Shown here one piece after another: positions 20,195 to 29,707 of a stretch of 64,000 nucleotides of DNA. A program made the position numbers and the translations under genes. This stretch comes from Candidatus Dormiibacterota bacterium. Lineage in GTDB: Bacteria; Chloroflexota; Dormibacteria; Aeolococcales; Aeolococcaceae. The DNA lies in assembly GCA_963743835.1 (NCBI GenBank), contig CAVUQX010000004.1, positions 2,560-66,559 of the forward strand, in the 5' to 3' direction. Below the pieces are notes generated by a model. The model was not told the DNA's origin. It worked only from the letters and a program-made list of their open reading frames with translations, and ran no database searches. Position 1 is the first letter of the stretch. Every line of letters starts with the position of its first letter.

Positions 20195-22680
20195 GCGACT
20201 TCTGGCTGATGGCGGTTCGCGCCATCCGGGCGCGTCCCCTGCGGAGCGCCCTCACCGCGAGCGCGGTCGCCCTCGGCATCGCCGTCGTCCTCGCCGTACA
20301 GCTCGCCATCCAGGGCCTCATGGTGCAGGCAGCCGAGGCTCAGTTGCAGCAGGCCGGGGCCTCCTCGCTCGATGTCCGGGTGGACAGCTCGTCCGGGCTG
20401 CTCCCCGCCCAGGTCACCACGCTGTCGGACCTCCCAGGGGTGGTCCAGGCGGTTCCCCTCTATGAGAAGCAGGTGACCGCGGGGCCGGCCGGGACCAGCC
20501 TCCCGAACGCGACCGTGACCCTGGTGGGCCTCCAGGACTCGAGTGCGGCGCTTCGCAGCGTCTCGGTCGTTGCGGGGCGCCTTCCGCTCCCCGGGAGCAC
20601 GTCAGAGGTGGCGATCGATCAGGGGCTGAGCACCGCTCTCACCGGCGGTTTCGGGAGCCCGATCGCAGTCGGACAGAAGATCCAGATGATCACCAGCACC
20701 GGACCCGACCTGTTCAAGGTCGTCGGCTTCACCTCGGGAACCAGCGGTGGACCCTCCTTCACCCACGACGCCGTGTTCGTCGATGACGCCGCGATGCTCG
20801 GGCCATTCGCGCTGGGTCTGCACACACCGCTGGTCGCGCTGCGCTTCGGCCCGGGCGCCACCGTCGCGGCCGTCTCCCAGGAAGTGCACGCCAGCTTCGG
20901 CGCCACCGTGACCACCTACGATCCGCGCGCCGGTGCCGCGTCGCCGCTGGCGGATCTTCAACCGCTCCTGGTGCTCGTGACCGTGCTCAGCCTGATCGTC
21001 GGCGCCGGCGTGACCGCCAACAGCGCCGTTCTCGCGGCGTACGAGCGCCGGCGGGAGATCGGCCTGCTCCGAGCCGCCGGCGCCTCGTCGAGGCAGGTGT
21101 TCCGGTTGTTCGCCGTGGAGGTAGCGACCGTCGCGCTCGCCGGCGTCCCGGCCGGCATCGTCGGCGGGCTGGTGCTGGGCGGGATCTTCAACAGCAGCAT
21201 CTCACCCGCCGACCTGGCGGCTCCGTCCCTGATGCCGCAGGCCGGCCAGGTCCTGGCGGCGATCGCCGCAGGCCTCGGTGCCGCGCTGATCGGTGGACTG
21301 GCGCCGCTCTTTGCGGCAGCGCGCCTCCCGATCCTCGACTCGCTCCGCCCCCATCCCATCGGCGAACGCCAGCGCCCCAGCGTCCTGCTGCGGACGGCCA
21401 GCCCGGTGCTCCTGGTGATCGCCGCCGTCTGCTTCCTGAGCAACGCCAGCGGCGTGGTCGCACTCGGTGTGATCGCGCTGCTCCTCGGGCTCGTGGTCGC
21501 GCTGCCGCTGATCGCTCCGCTGGTCATCCGGCTCATCGCCACGTCGATCTCCCCCCTGGTCAGCGGCGCGCAACCGGGCGCCGCTCATCTGATCCGCGCT
21601 CGCAACCGGACTGCGATGACCGTGGCGGGGCTGGCAATCGCAGTCGCGAGCGCGGTCGGAGTGAGCGCGCTCAGCGCCGGGGCGCTCACGGCGAGCGACA
21701 GCTGGGTCTCCCATCTCTTCGCCGGTGACGTGCTCGTGACCAGCCCGGTCACCCAGAACGACCAGGTCGAGGCGGCCGTCGCCGGCAGCTCGGGCGTCGC
21801 GCGGGCGACGCCGCTTCGCTTCCTGTCCGAGACGGTCGCCGGCACGGCTCTCGGCGTTACCGCGATCGATCCCGCCGCCTTTGCGACGCTCGGCGGCCTC
21901 GACGTCGTCTCGGGTGACCGCGGATCAACGCTCAACGCGCTCGAGGACGGCCCGAGCTTTCTCGCTCCTGCCGGGCTCGCCGCGGCCACAGGCTGGACGG
22001 TCGGCTCCCAAGTCCCCGTGGCGACGCAGATCGGCGTTGTGTACTTCACGATCGCGGGGATCATCAGCCACTCCTTCCCGGCGGGCAACGGCGGCGAGAG
22101 CCTCGTCATGGCCGACGACCTGGCACGAACCTACTTCGGTGCGACGGCGGCCGGGTTTGATGACCTCGTGGTCGTGACCCGCGGCGCGGAGGCGGCCATC
22201 GAAGCCACCGCCGCCACCTACGGCATGCGTGCCGTCCCGGTCAGCGTCATCGAGAGCGATGCTCGCGACGCCCTGCAGCATTCGATCGGCCTAGTGCTCG
22301 CCGTCGCGATCATCTCGGTGATCATCGCCATGCTCGCGGTCGTCAACACCCTGCTGGTCAACGTGCGCCAGGGGACTCGCGAGCTGGCGCTGTTGCGTGC
22401 CGTCGGACTCGGCAGCCGGCAGGCGATGCGCCGGGTGCTCACCGAGGCGGGTCTGCTCGCGGGCACAGCAACCCTGATCGGGGTGGCGGCAGGCTGTCTG
22501 ATCGCAGTACCGATGCTCCAGGCGAGCAGCACATCCACCTTTTCGCCAGGATTCGTGTTCCCGTTCGAGACGGTGATCGTGCTCGTGCTGGTCGTTGTTC
22601 TGGCTGCGATCGTTGCCACCATGGGTCCAGCTCGCAGAGCGGTGCGAACCTCCGTGCTCAGCGCGCTGCGACACGAGTAG
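20191..22680 (+). CDS. ABC transporter permease with two FtsX-like domains (MacB-type)
   Basis: ORF 20002..22680. GTG at 20191 overlaps the ATPase stop (GTGA): [36 protein letters not shown]. Two repeats of a TM / large loop / 3-TM block, with REIGLLRAAGASSRQV and RELALLRAVGLGSRQA. Confidence 0.85.
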   Translation: MSDFWLMAVRAIRARPLRSALTASAVALGIAVVLAVQLAIQGLMVQAAEAQLQQAGASSLDVRVDSSSGLLPAQVTTLSDLPGVVQAVPLYEKQVTAGPAGTSLPNATVTLVGLQDSSAALRSVSVVAGRLPLPGSTSEVAIDQGLSTALTGGFGSPIAVGQKIQMITSTGPDLFKVVGFTSGTSGGPSFTHDAVFVDDAAMLGPFALGLHTPLVALRFGPGATVAAVSQEVHASFGATVTTYDPRAGAASPLADLQPLLVLVTVLSLIVGAGVTANSAVLAAYERRREIGLLRAAGASSRQVFRLFAVEVATVALAGVPAGIVGGLVLGGIFNSSISPADLAAPSLMPQAGQVLAAIAAGLGAALIGGLAPLFAAARLPILDSLRPHPIGERQRPSVLLRTASPVLLVIAAVCFLSNASGVVALGVIALLLGLVVALPLIAPLVIRLIATSISPLVSGAQPGAAHLIRARNRTAMTVAGLAIAVASAVGVSALSAGALTASDSWVSHLFAGDVLVTSPVTQNDQVEAAVAGSSGVARATPLRFLSETVAGTALGVTAIDPAAFATLGGLDVVSGDRGSTLNALEDGPSFLAPAGLAAATGWTVGSQVPVATQIGVVYFTIAGIISHSFPAGNGGESLVMADDLARTYFGATAAGFDDLVVVTRGAEAAIEATAATYGMRAVPVSVIESDARDALQHSIGLVLAVAIISVIIAMLAVVNTLLVNVRQGTRELALLRAVGLGSRQAMRRVLTEAGLLAGTATLIGVAAGCLIAVPMLQASSTSTFSPGFVFPFETVIVLVLVVVLAAIVATMGPARRAVRTSVLSALRHE

Positions 22681-22687
22681 CGACGCG

Positions 22688-23315
22688 ATGCGCCCCTTCG
22701 ACGGGGGGAGTGTCCGCGTTCTGGTCGCGCTGGCGCCGATGATTGCGCTCGCCGCGTGTGGCGGCGATTCGCCCGCGCTGTCAACTGCGGATCCCCTGCG
22801 CTCCCTGCTCACCATCGATCAGCTCGTCGCCTCAGACTTCACCGTCTCCGTCGCCGCCGCGCACGTGAATGCCACGGCGCTTGCCGGCGGCGACTCGCAT
22901 GCTGGCGACAGCGCTCGCATCGGACGGCCTTCGCTCGGCGGCGAGCGTTGAGTACCAACGCGGTGTCGACTTCAGCACCAGCAACGGCCCGATCGATGTT
23001 GTGGCCACCGTGGAGCGTTTTGGCAGCATCAACGGAGCCTCCGCCGCCTTCACCGCCACGGTGACCCACCTCGACGCAATCCAGGGTGCGGTGCCGATGT
23101 CGACCGGTCCGCTCGGAGACCAGGCGCACGCGATCAGCGTCGTTCGATCGACGCCGGCAGCGATTCCGGCGGTCGAGATCACCGTGGTGTGGCGCACCGG
23201 AAACCTCGTCAGCCTTATCGTCGCGCGCGGCCGGTATGGGGGGACGCGACTTGACGATGCCCTGGTCCTGGCGGGTCTGCAGAACCAGGACGACTTCGGC
23301 TCGGCGCCGGGGTAG
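22688..23315 (+). pseudogene. putative lipoprotein, one frameshift
   Basis: ATG 22688 within ORF 22595..22951: MRPFDGGSVRVLVALAPMIALAACGGD (lipobox LAAC). Continues in ORF 22869..23315 (VEYQRGVDFSTSNGPIDVVATVERFGS...VVWRTGNLVSLIVARGRYGG). Frame change near 22900. Confidence 0.55.
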
Positions 23316-23324
23316 CCGGTTTCG

Positions 23325-24098
23325 TCAGGTCTTGCGCGGTTCCCAGCGGAAACGGAGCACGGACAGCAGCACCGCGCCGGCGCCCCAGGCGGCCATGATC
23401 AGCAGATCGGTCCCGTTGAAGCCACTGCTGGACTGGTGCGCGGGATCGAACGCCGTGAACATCGCGTTGATGAAATGTCTGACCGGAAACCACTCGGCGA
23501 TCTGCGCGAGGATCGACGTCGACGCCACCGGGAAGAACGTCCCGGAGATGAACACGATCGGCAGGAAGACACCGTTGACGATCGCCGGCGCGGCCTCCGC
23601 GTTGGGGATCACGATCGTCACCGCCATGCCGAGCGCACAGAATGCCAGCGCACCCACGCCGATGGTCACGGCGGCGGCACCGATGTGCTGGGGTACGTGG
23701 ACGCCATAGACCAGGATGCCGAAACCGGTGGTGAGCAAGGCGAGGACGATGCTGACGATGATCGACGAGCCGACCACGCCGGCGATGAATGCCCATGGCG
23801 GGAGCGGGGTTCCGCGCAGCCGCTTGAGGATGCCGTTGTCGCGGCGCAGCGCGAGCGTGACCGCGATGTTGGTGAAGCACGCGCCCATGACGCCGAATGC
23901 GATCAGTGCTGGAATGTAGTAATCGTCGTAGCTTGTGCGCACCGAATCGATCTGCACGTTCTGGTCTTTGAACAAGGTGGCGAACACCACCAGAAAGATG
24001 ATCGGGAAGAGGAACGCGAAGAATGCGCTTGCGGGGTTGCGCCAGAACGACTTCTGCTCGAACGAGACCTGGCGCAGCGCGATGCCGGTGCTACTCAT
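23325..24098 (-). CDS. ABC-2 type transporter permease
   Basis: ORF 23325..24098, six predicted TM helices, start FEQKSFWRNPASAFFAFLFPIIFLVVF. 8-nt overlap with the upstream ATPase gene. Confidence 0.8.
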   Translation of the reverse strand: MSSTGIALRQVSFEQKSFWRNPASAFFAFLFPIIFLVVFATLFKDQNVQIDSVRTSYDDYYIPALIAFGVMGACFTNIAVTLALRRDNGILKRLRGTPLPPWAFIAGVVGSSIIVSIVLALLTTGFGILVYGVHVPQHIGAAAVTIGVGALAFCALGMAVTIVIPNAEAAPAIVNGVFLPIVFISGTFFPVASTSILAQIAEWFPVRHFINAMFTAFDPAHQSSSGFNGTDLLIMAAWGAGAVLLSVLRFRWEPRKT

Positions 24099-25014
24099 TC
24101 CTGGTCAGCTCCAGGTAGACGTCTTCCAGTGACGGCCGGGCGACCTCGAGGTTGGGAAGCTCGAGCCCCTGCGCCAGCGCCCAGGTGGTCAGCTCGTTGA
24201 GAGTGCGGGTCGGCGTCGCGGTCTCGATGATCGCGACCCCGCCGTCGATCCTCGCCTTGAGCGGCAGCGCGGTGACGGCAATGCCATTGGAAAGTTCGAA
24301 GCGGATGTGCGTGACCTGATCGGTTCCGGCCCGCAGTGTCTCCGGGGTGCCCTGGGCGACCACCTGACCGGCGGCGATCACGCAGATGCGGTCGGCGAGG
24401 TATTGAGCCTCATCCATGTAGTGGGTGGTGAGCACGATGGTCTTCCCGAGGGTGCGCATGTTGCGCACCACCTCCCAGGCGGCGCGGCGCGCCGACGGAT
24501 CGAAGCCGGTGGTCGGCTCATCGAGAAAGATGAGCTCCGGATCCCCCACCAGCCCGAGCGCGACATCGAGACGTCGCTGCTGGCCCCCTGACAGCTTGCG
24601 CACCCGCTCGCCGGCCTTCTCGGTCAGCCCGACCAGCTCGATGATCTCGGCGGTCGGACGTGGCGATGGGTAGTAGCCGCGGTAGAGATCGACCAGCTCG
24701 GTCACGGACAGCATCGGCGGGACCGCCGCCTCCTGGAGGACCAGCCCCACCCGCTCGCGCAGCTTCCGTCCGCCCATGTGCGGGTCGATCCCGAGCACGG
24801 TCACGTCGCCGGCGTCTCGCTTCCGGTATCCCTCCAGGATCTCGATGGTGGTTGTCTTGCCGGCGCCGTTGGGGCCGAGCAACCCGAACACCTCGCCCTC
24901 GTCCACGTGGAAGCTCACCCCACGGACGGCCTCGACGGCTCCGTAGGACTTGCGCAAACCGTCGACGACGATGGCTGTCACCGGAAGTGTCTCCCCTGTA
25001 TGACGAGCGGTCAC
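24091..25014 (-). CDS. ABC transporter ATP-binding protein (DrrA-like, ABC-2 partner)
   Basis: ORF 24091..25014. Walker A GLLGPNGAGKTTTIEIL, signature LSGGQQRRLDVALGL, Walker B IFLDEPTTGFD. Confidence 0.9.
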   Translation of the reverse strand: MTARHTGETLPVTAIVVDGLRKSYGAVEAVRGVSFHVDEGEVFGLLGPNGAGKTTTIEILEGYRKRDAGDVTVLGIDPHMGGRKLRERVGLVLQEAAVPPMLSVTELVDLYRGYYPSPRPTAEIIELVGLTEKAGERVRKLSGGQQRRLDVALGLVGDPELIFLDEPTTGFDPSARRAAWEVVRNMRTLGKTIVLTTHYMDEAQYLADRICVIAAGQVVAQGTPETLRAGTDQVTHIRFELSNGIAVTALPLKARIDGGVAIIETATPTRTLNELTTWALAQGLELPNLEVARPSLEDVYLELTRNE

Positions 25015-25076
25015 AGAGTCGTTGCGCCATGGTGCCAGAGACCGGGGTCGGTGCCGACCACAATTGGCGGCAGCGC

Positions 25077-26673
25077 ATGACCATGACTACAACCAACGTG
25101 GAGATCCTGCGTCAGGGCTGGCTCGACGCCGCCTCCGCCCTGGCTCCAGGCCTCGACGCACTGCCTGAGTTCCTCGAGAACGGCCTCGAAGCCGCCGTCA
25201 TCGACGAACGCCTGGACGAGCAGTCGCTGCTTCGCGTGGTCACCGAGGTGACCTCGGCCGCCGCGGACTTCGCTGCCCGCCGAGGAGCTCTATTTCCTGA
25301 CACGCCGCCTCCAACGAGCCGTCTACGAGTACCTGCTCTCGCTCGACGCCCTGCCCGAACCGCCGCCCCGTCGCGACAGCTCAAACGGCCACGCCACCGC
25401 CGACGCGACGCTCATCGGAGCCGAGGAGGTCGCCGCGCTGGGCCGTAACGGCCATGCAAAGACATCGGCAGAGCCGCACGTCACCAACGCGGCGCTCGCG
25501 CCGGAGCCAGAGCCCGAGCCGGCGCCTGGGGCGGCCGCCGAGCCAGAGCCCGAGCCGGCACCTGAGGCGGCCGCCGAGCCAGAGCTCGATCCCTCAGCTG
25601 CCGCAGCGGCAGCCGATCGCGTCGAGGCCGGCCTCGCCGAGCTCGACGCCCAGCTTTCGCCGGACGAACCTTCTGATACTGCCCCCGCGGGGGCCGGCGA
25701 CCCCGAGGTCGACACCGCCGCCCTGGACGAGCCCGGAGCGGCACCGGCCGAGCCCGCGACCCGCCCCGCGTTCACGCTCTTCCGGCGGACCGGCGCATCC
25801 GCCTCCAAGAACGACAAGGCCGCGTCCGCACGCGCCGACACCGAGGCGATCGACCCCGGACCGCCGGCAATCAACGGTGCTGCGCACCCCGAGGCGGGCG
25901 GCGAGGATGCCGAGTCCTTCGTCAAACCCAAGAGTGGCTTTCACCTCTCCGATCTCGCGGACTTCGCCGTGGTCCAGCGATCTGAGACGACCGAGACACC
26001 GGATGACCACGCGGCAACCGAGACTTCGGCGGGTGGCGCCTTCGACGCCGTTCAAACCGAGCCGGCGCCGGAATTCACCGAGTTGGAGCCCGAGGCGGAG
26101 GTCATCCCGACACAGCCCGCACAGGAGGCTGCAAGCGGCGCCGCGGCGAGAGGGTGGCGCCTCCGCGACGACGACGCGGACCAGACGAACGACCTCGCCT
26201 CGGAGGGCGACTTCGACGACACTCGGTTCGAAACCGACCCCGAGGTCATCGAAGCCCGTCTCGAGATCAACGACCGCCTCCGCCGGAAGCGCTGCGATGA
26301 GGCGGCTGCATTGCTCCAGCGCCTCGCAAACGACGTCGGCGGCCGGGCGCTTGCTGAGCTCGCCCTCGACGCGGGTGATCGATGCCGCGCACTGGGCAAG
26401 GGAAACGCAGCGCTCAGCTGCTATCTCGCCGCGTCACGCGCGGATCCGGTGCACGAGACGCCACTGCTCCGACTCGCCGACATCTGCATCGACGACCACG
26501 ATATCGACCTTGCGGTCTCCTACCTGGAACGCGTGACCAGGCTCCGCAGACTGCGCAATGACGACAAGGGCGCACTGAAGCTGTACCGCAAGATCGTGAC
26601 CATCGCACCGTATCGCGATGACATTCTCGCGATGCTGATGCGCGCCCAGGCCAACGGCCGCTTCGACGAATAA
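25077..26673 (+). pseudogene. acidic repeat protein with TPR-like C-terminal domain, one frameshift
   Basis: ATG 25077 (MTMTTTNVEILRQGWLDAASALAPGLDALPEFLENGLEAAVIDERL, ORF 24660..25448 frame). After about 25250-25270 the sensible reading moves to the frame of ORF 25969..26673, which is open from 25252: AEELYFLTRRLQRAVYEYLLSLDALPE...EPEPEPAPGAAAEPEPEPAPEAAA...DPEVIEARLEINDRLRRKRCDEAAALLQRLAN...LSCYLAASRADPVHETPLLRLADICIDDHDIDLAVSYLERVTRL..LKLYRKIVTIAPYRDDILAMLMRAQ. Confidence 0.55.
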
Positions 26674-26765
26674 CCGCATTCATGAACAACGTCCGGTCAC
26701 ACGTCGCGTGGTCTTGCTCGTCCGCTGTGCGATGCGTTTGTTACCGAAAGGCGATGAACGGCAGG

Positions 26766-26780
26766 GTGGATTCGATCCAC
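26766..26780. promoter_or_regulatory. 15-bp perfect palindrome GTGGAT-TCG-ATCCAC about 100 bp upstream of cpaB (candidate operator)
   Basis: Read directly from sequence in the 208-bp gap before cpaB. No known binding protein is assigned. Confidence 0.25.
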
Positions 26781-26881
26781 ACTCGGGTGCGGCCGTCATC
26801 CACGCCAGCACATCGCTGCGCTGGATGCAGCGTCGCCGCAACCGCGTGACCGACACCAACTGAGACAACCGAGGAGAACAG

Positions 26882-27736
26882 GTGGCCATCCAGGCGAACA
26901 AACCGAACAGCCGGATCTTCTTGCTTCTTGGAGTCGTGCTGGCTGCGGCGGCGGCGGTTGCCGTGCTGCTCCTGGTGCGCTCCAACGCACCAGCGAATGA
27001 GGTCAGCGTTGTCGTGTCCGATACGAGCATTCCCGCCGGCACCACGCTGACCCCGGCGATGGTGGTCGTCGCCCAGGTCCCGCTGACCGCAAAGCCGGGT
27101 GACGCATACACGGATCCGGTGGCCGTCGTCGGCAAGGTGACGCAGGTCGCCCTCGCCAACAACACGCCACTGGTTCCTGGTTTCTTCAGCACGCCGGCGC
27201 TGTCGATCACGTCGAGCGGCAGCGGCAGCGGAACCGCGGTGACTGACGTGGAGACGCAGATCACCAAGGGCTATGTCGCGATTGCCATACCGACCAACGC
27301 ATCGTTGCCCACCAACCTGACCTCGTTGCAGGCGAACAACTTCACCGCACCCCTCGTGTCCGACGCCGGCTACATCCTTCCCGGCGATCACATCGACATG
27401 ATGGTGCAGTCGACGACGGGATCGTCGGGCCTTCGATACACCTTCCAGGACATCATCGTTCTGCGCGTCGGTTCCTCCGGTAGCTCCTCGACCGCATCCG
27501 CGGACACGCTTCTCGTGGAGGTGCCTCGCGCCGAGGCGCCGCTGCTCACCGGCCTCGTCATCGGCGACGGGCATGAGTTCATCGTCAAGTACGTCCTACG
27601 GCCCGAGTCGGAATGGGGCAAGCTCACCGCGACCGGTTACACCCCGAACTTCGAGTCGACCACCGCCCCGACCCTCCCAGCGGTGAAGCAGACCATCGTG
27701 ACGCCCGGCACGCTGGACAGCCTCTTCGGCGGCTGA
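26882..27736 (+). CDS. cpaB: Flp pilus assembly protein CpaB/RcpC (SAF domain)
   Basis: ORF 26882..27736. GTG start follows GAGGAGAA. N-terminal TM helix IFLLLGVVLAAAAAVAVLLLV. SAF-like VVVSDTSIPAGTTLTPAMV. C-terminal GDHIDMMV...IIVLRVG...LLVEVPRAEAPLL. Confidence 0.8.
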   Translation: MAIQANKPNSRIFLLLGVVLAAAAAVAVLLLVRSNAPANEVSVVVSDTSIPAGTTLTPAMVVVAQVPLTAKPGDAYTDPVAVVGKVTQVALANNTPLVPGFFSTPALSITSSGSGSGTAVTDVETQITKGYVAIAIPTNASLPTNLTSLQANNFTAPLVSDAGYILPGDHIDMMVQSTTGSSGLRYTFQDIIVLRVGSSGSSSTASADTLLVEVPRAEAPLLTGLVIGDGHEFIVKYVLRPESEWGKLTATGYTPNFESTTAPTLPAVKQTIVTPGTLDSLFGG

Positions 27737-27741
27737 CGGCA

Positions 27742-28722
27742 ATGACGCCAGCCGCAGTTGTCGCAGCGGCCCTGGCCGCGTCGGCAGTCCTCTCGATCTT
27801 CGCCTTCCTCCTCAGCCGTGGGCAGAGCCAGGCTGGGGAGATGGCTCGTCGCCTCAATCAGTACGGCGGCGACACGGTGGCCACCACCGCGCCGCCTCGT
27901 GTCAAGACGGGCAACGCGATCCGGGATCTGCTCGACGGGCTCACCAGTGGCCTCAACCCGCTGCTGTCGCGCACGTCGCACACCGGCAAGCTTGCCGACG
28001 ACCTGCAGAAGGCCGACCTCAAGCTCAAGTCCTCGGAGTGGCTCCTCGCCGTCGTCGGCCTGGGGATCCTCGTCGGCCTGCTGGTCGCATTCCGTTACGG
28101 ACAGCCCATCGCGTTCGTCCCCTGCCCAATCGTCATCTACTTCCTGAGCGGGTTTTTCCTGAAGTTCCGTCAGAAGCGTCGCACCCGTGCGTTCAACAAC
28201 CAGCTCGGCGACACGCTGATGCTGTTGAGCAACGCGCTCAAAGCCGGCCACTCCTTCGCACAGGCGCTTGCGTCGGTCGCCAAGAACGCCAACCCGCCCA
28301 TCTCGGAAGAGTTTGCGCGCGCCACCCGTGAGATCGCGCTCGGCATCAACGTCGACGAGGCCCTCAACCACATGGTGGTGCGCAACAAGTCTGAGGACTT
28401 CGACCTCATGGTCACCGCGGTGCAGATCCAGCGCGTGGTCGGCGGCAACCTTGCGGAAATCCTCGACACCATCGCCTTCACCATCCGCGAACGGGTGCGC
28501 ATCCAGGGCGAGATCAGGACCCTGACCGCTCAGGCTCGCGCGTCGGGCTGGATCATCACCATCCTGCCGATCGCCCTTGCCGGTTTCCTTGCGCTGATCT
28601 CTCCCACCTATTTCGATCCGATGATCACCGACCCGCTGGGACACATCATGCTGGGAATCGCGATCTTCTCGATCGCAATCGGCGCGGTCGCGATCCAGAA
28701 GATCGTGAAGATCGAGGTCTGA
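27742..28722 (+). CDS. tadB: type II secretion system F-family protein TadB
   Basis: ATG 27742 in ORF 27613..28722. T2SSF-type LGDTLMLLSNALKAGHSFAQALASVA, 3-4 TM helices. Starts 5 nt after the cpaB stop. Confidence 0.85.
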   Translation: MTPAAVVAAALAASAVLSIFAFLLSRGQSQAGEMARRLNQYGGDTVATTAPPRVKTGNAIRDLLDGLTSGLNPLLSRTSHTGKLADDLQKADLKLKSSEWLLAVVGLGILVGLLVAFRYGQPIAFVPCPIVIYFLSGFFLKFRQKRRTRAFNNQLGDTLMLLSNALKAGHSFAQALASVAKNANPPISEEFARATREIALGINVDEALNHMVVRNKSEDFDLMVTAVQIQRVVGGNLAEILDTIAFTIRERVRIQGEIRTLTAQARASGWIITILPIALAGFLALISPTYFDPMITDPLGHIMLGIAIFSIAIGAVAIQKIVKIEV

Positions 28723-28723
28723 C

Positions 28724-29668
28724 GTGAGCATTCTCGCCATCGCGCTCGCGGCCGCTCTCGGCGGCGGCATCCTCCTCATCGCATTCGGTCTTGCCATGTC
28801 GACCTCGCCGCGTCAGGGCGACCTGCTCGAGGCGCGGCTCGCACAGTTCGCTGAAGCCGGGCATTCGCCGGCGACGCTCGCAGAGGTCGAGATGTCGCTG
28901 CCGCTCTTCGACCGTGTGGTTCGACCGTTCCTCGACAAGATCGGCAACCGACTCAACAAGAATGCCGGTCAGGGCGGCACCGACGCACTCCAGGAGAAGC
29001 TGAACCTCGCGGGACGTCCGATGGGTCTCAACGCGTCGGGATTCCTCGCGCTGCGGCTCCTCTCCATGCTGCTGTTCACCGCGATCGGCCTTGCGCTTGC
29101 GCTCTTCGGCGCGCTGACGATGCCGCTGTTCGCGGTCGTTCCGCTCGGCGGCCTGATCCTCGGCTACCTCGCACCCCAGATGGTGGTGGCGCGCCGTATC
29201 AAGAAGCGGCAGAAGGAGATTCTCCTCGCACTGCCGAGCGCACTCGACCTGCTCACCATCTCCGTTGAAGCCGGCCTCAGCTTCGACGCGGCCCTCACCC
29301 GGGTCGTCGACAAGTACAACAACGAGTTCTCGCGTGAGCTGACGATCATGCTCAACGAGGTTCGCCTCGGGCGCCCGCGTCTCGAGGCGCTCGACGATGT
29401 CGGCCGGCGCTGCAAGGTCGAAGAGCTGAGCAACTTCATCCAGGCGATCATCCAGTCCGAACAGCTCGGTGTCGGCGTCGCCAACGTCCTCCGCATCCAG
29501 TCGGAGGAGATCCGGCGCAAGCGCCGTCAGCGCGCCGAGGAACAGGGCCAGAAAGCGCCATTGAAGATGCTCTTCCCGATGGTCGGATGCATCTTCCCGA
29601 CGCTCTTCATCGTCCTGCTCGGACCCGCAGTCATCGAGGTCGCCCACCAGTTCGGCGGCGGCGGCTGA
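28724..29668 (+). CDS. tadC: type II secretion system F-family protein TadC
   Basis: ORF 28724..29668. GTG start is 1 nt after the tadB stop. Motif LPSALDLLTISVEAGLSFDAALTRVV. Confidence 0.85.
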   Translation: MSILAIALAAALGGGILLIAFGLAMSTSPRQGDLLEARLAQFAEAGHSPATLAEVEMSLPLFDRVVRPFLDKIGNRLNKNAGQGGTDALQEKLNLAGRPMGLNASGFLALRLLSMLLFTAIGLALALFGALTMPLFAVVPLGGLILGYLAPQMVVARRIKKRQKEILLALPSALDLLTISVEAGLSFDAALTRVVDKYNNEFSRELTIMLNEVRLGRPRLEALDDVGRRCKVEELSNFIQAIIQSEQLGVGVANVLRIQSEEIRRKRRQRAEEQGQKAPLKMLFPMVGCIFPTLFIVLLGPAVIEVAHQFGGGG

Positions 29669-29707
29669 AGCTCCGCACGATTACTCCTGTGCGCGCCGCA
29701 CACGGAC

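Noticed and set aside
25454-26536. 360-aa Arg/Pro/Ser-rich ORF overlapping the acidic/TPR gene
   Set aside because: It is an out-of-frame reading of the same strand. The alternative frame gives acidic linker plus TPR-like helices and a sensible stop.
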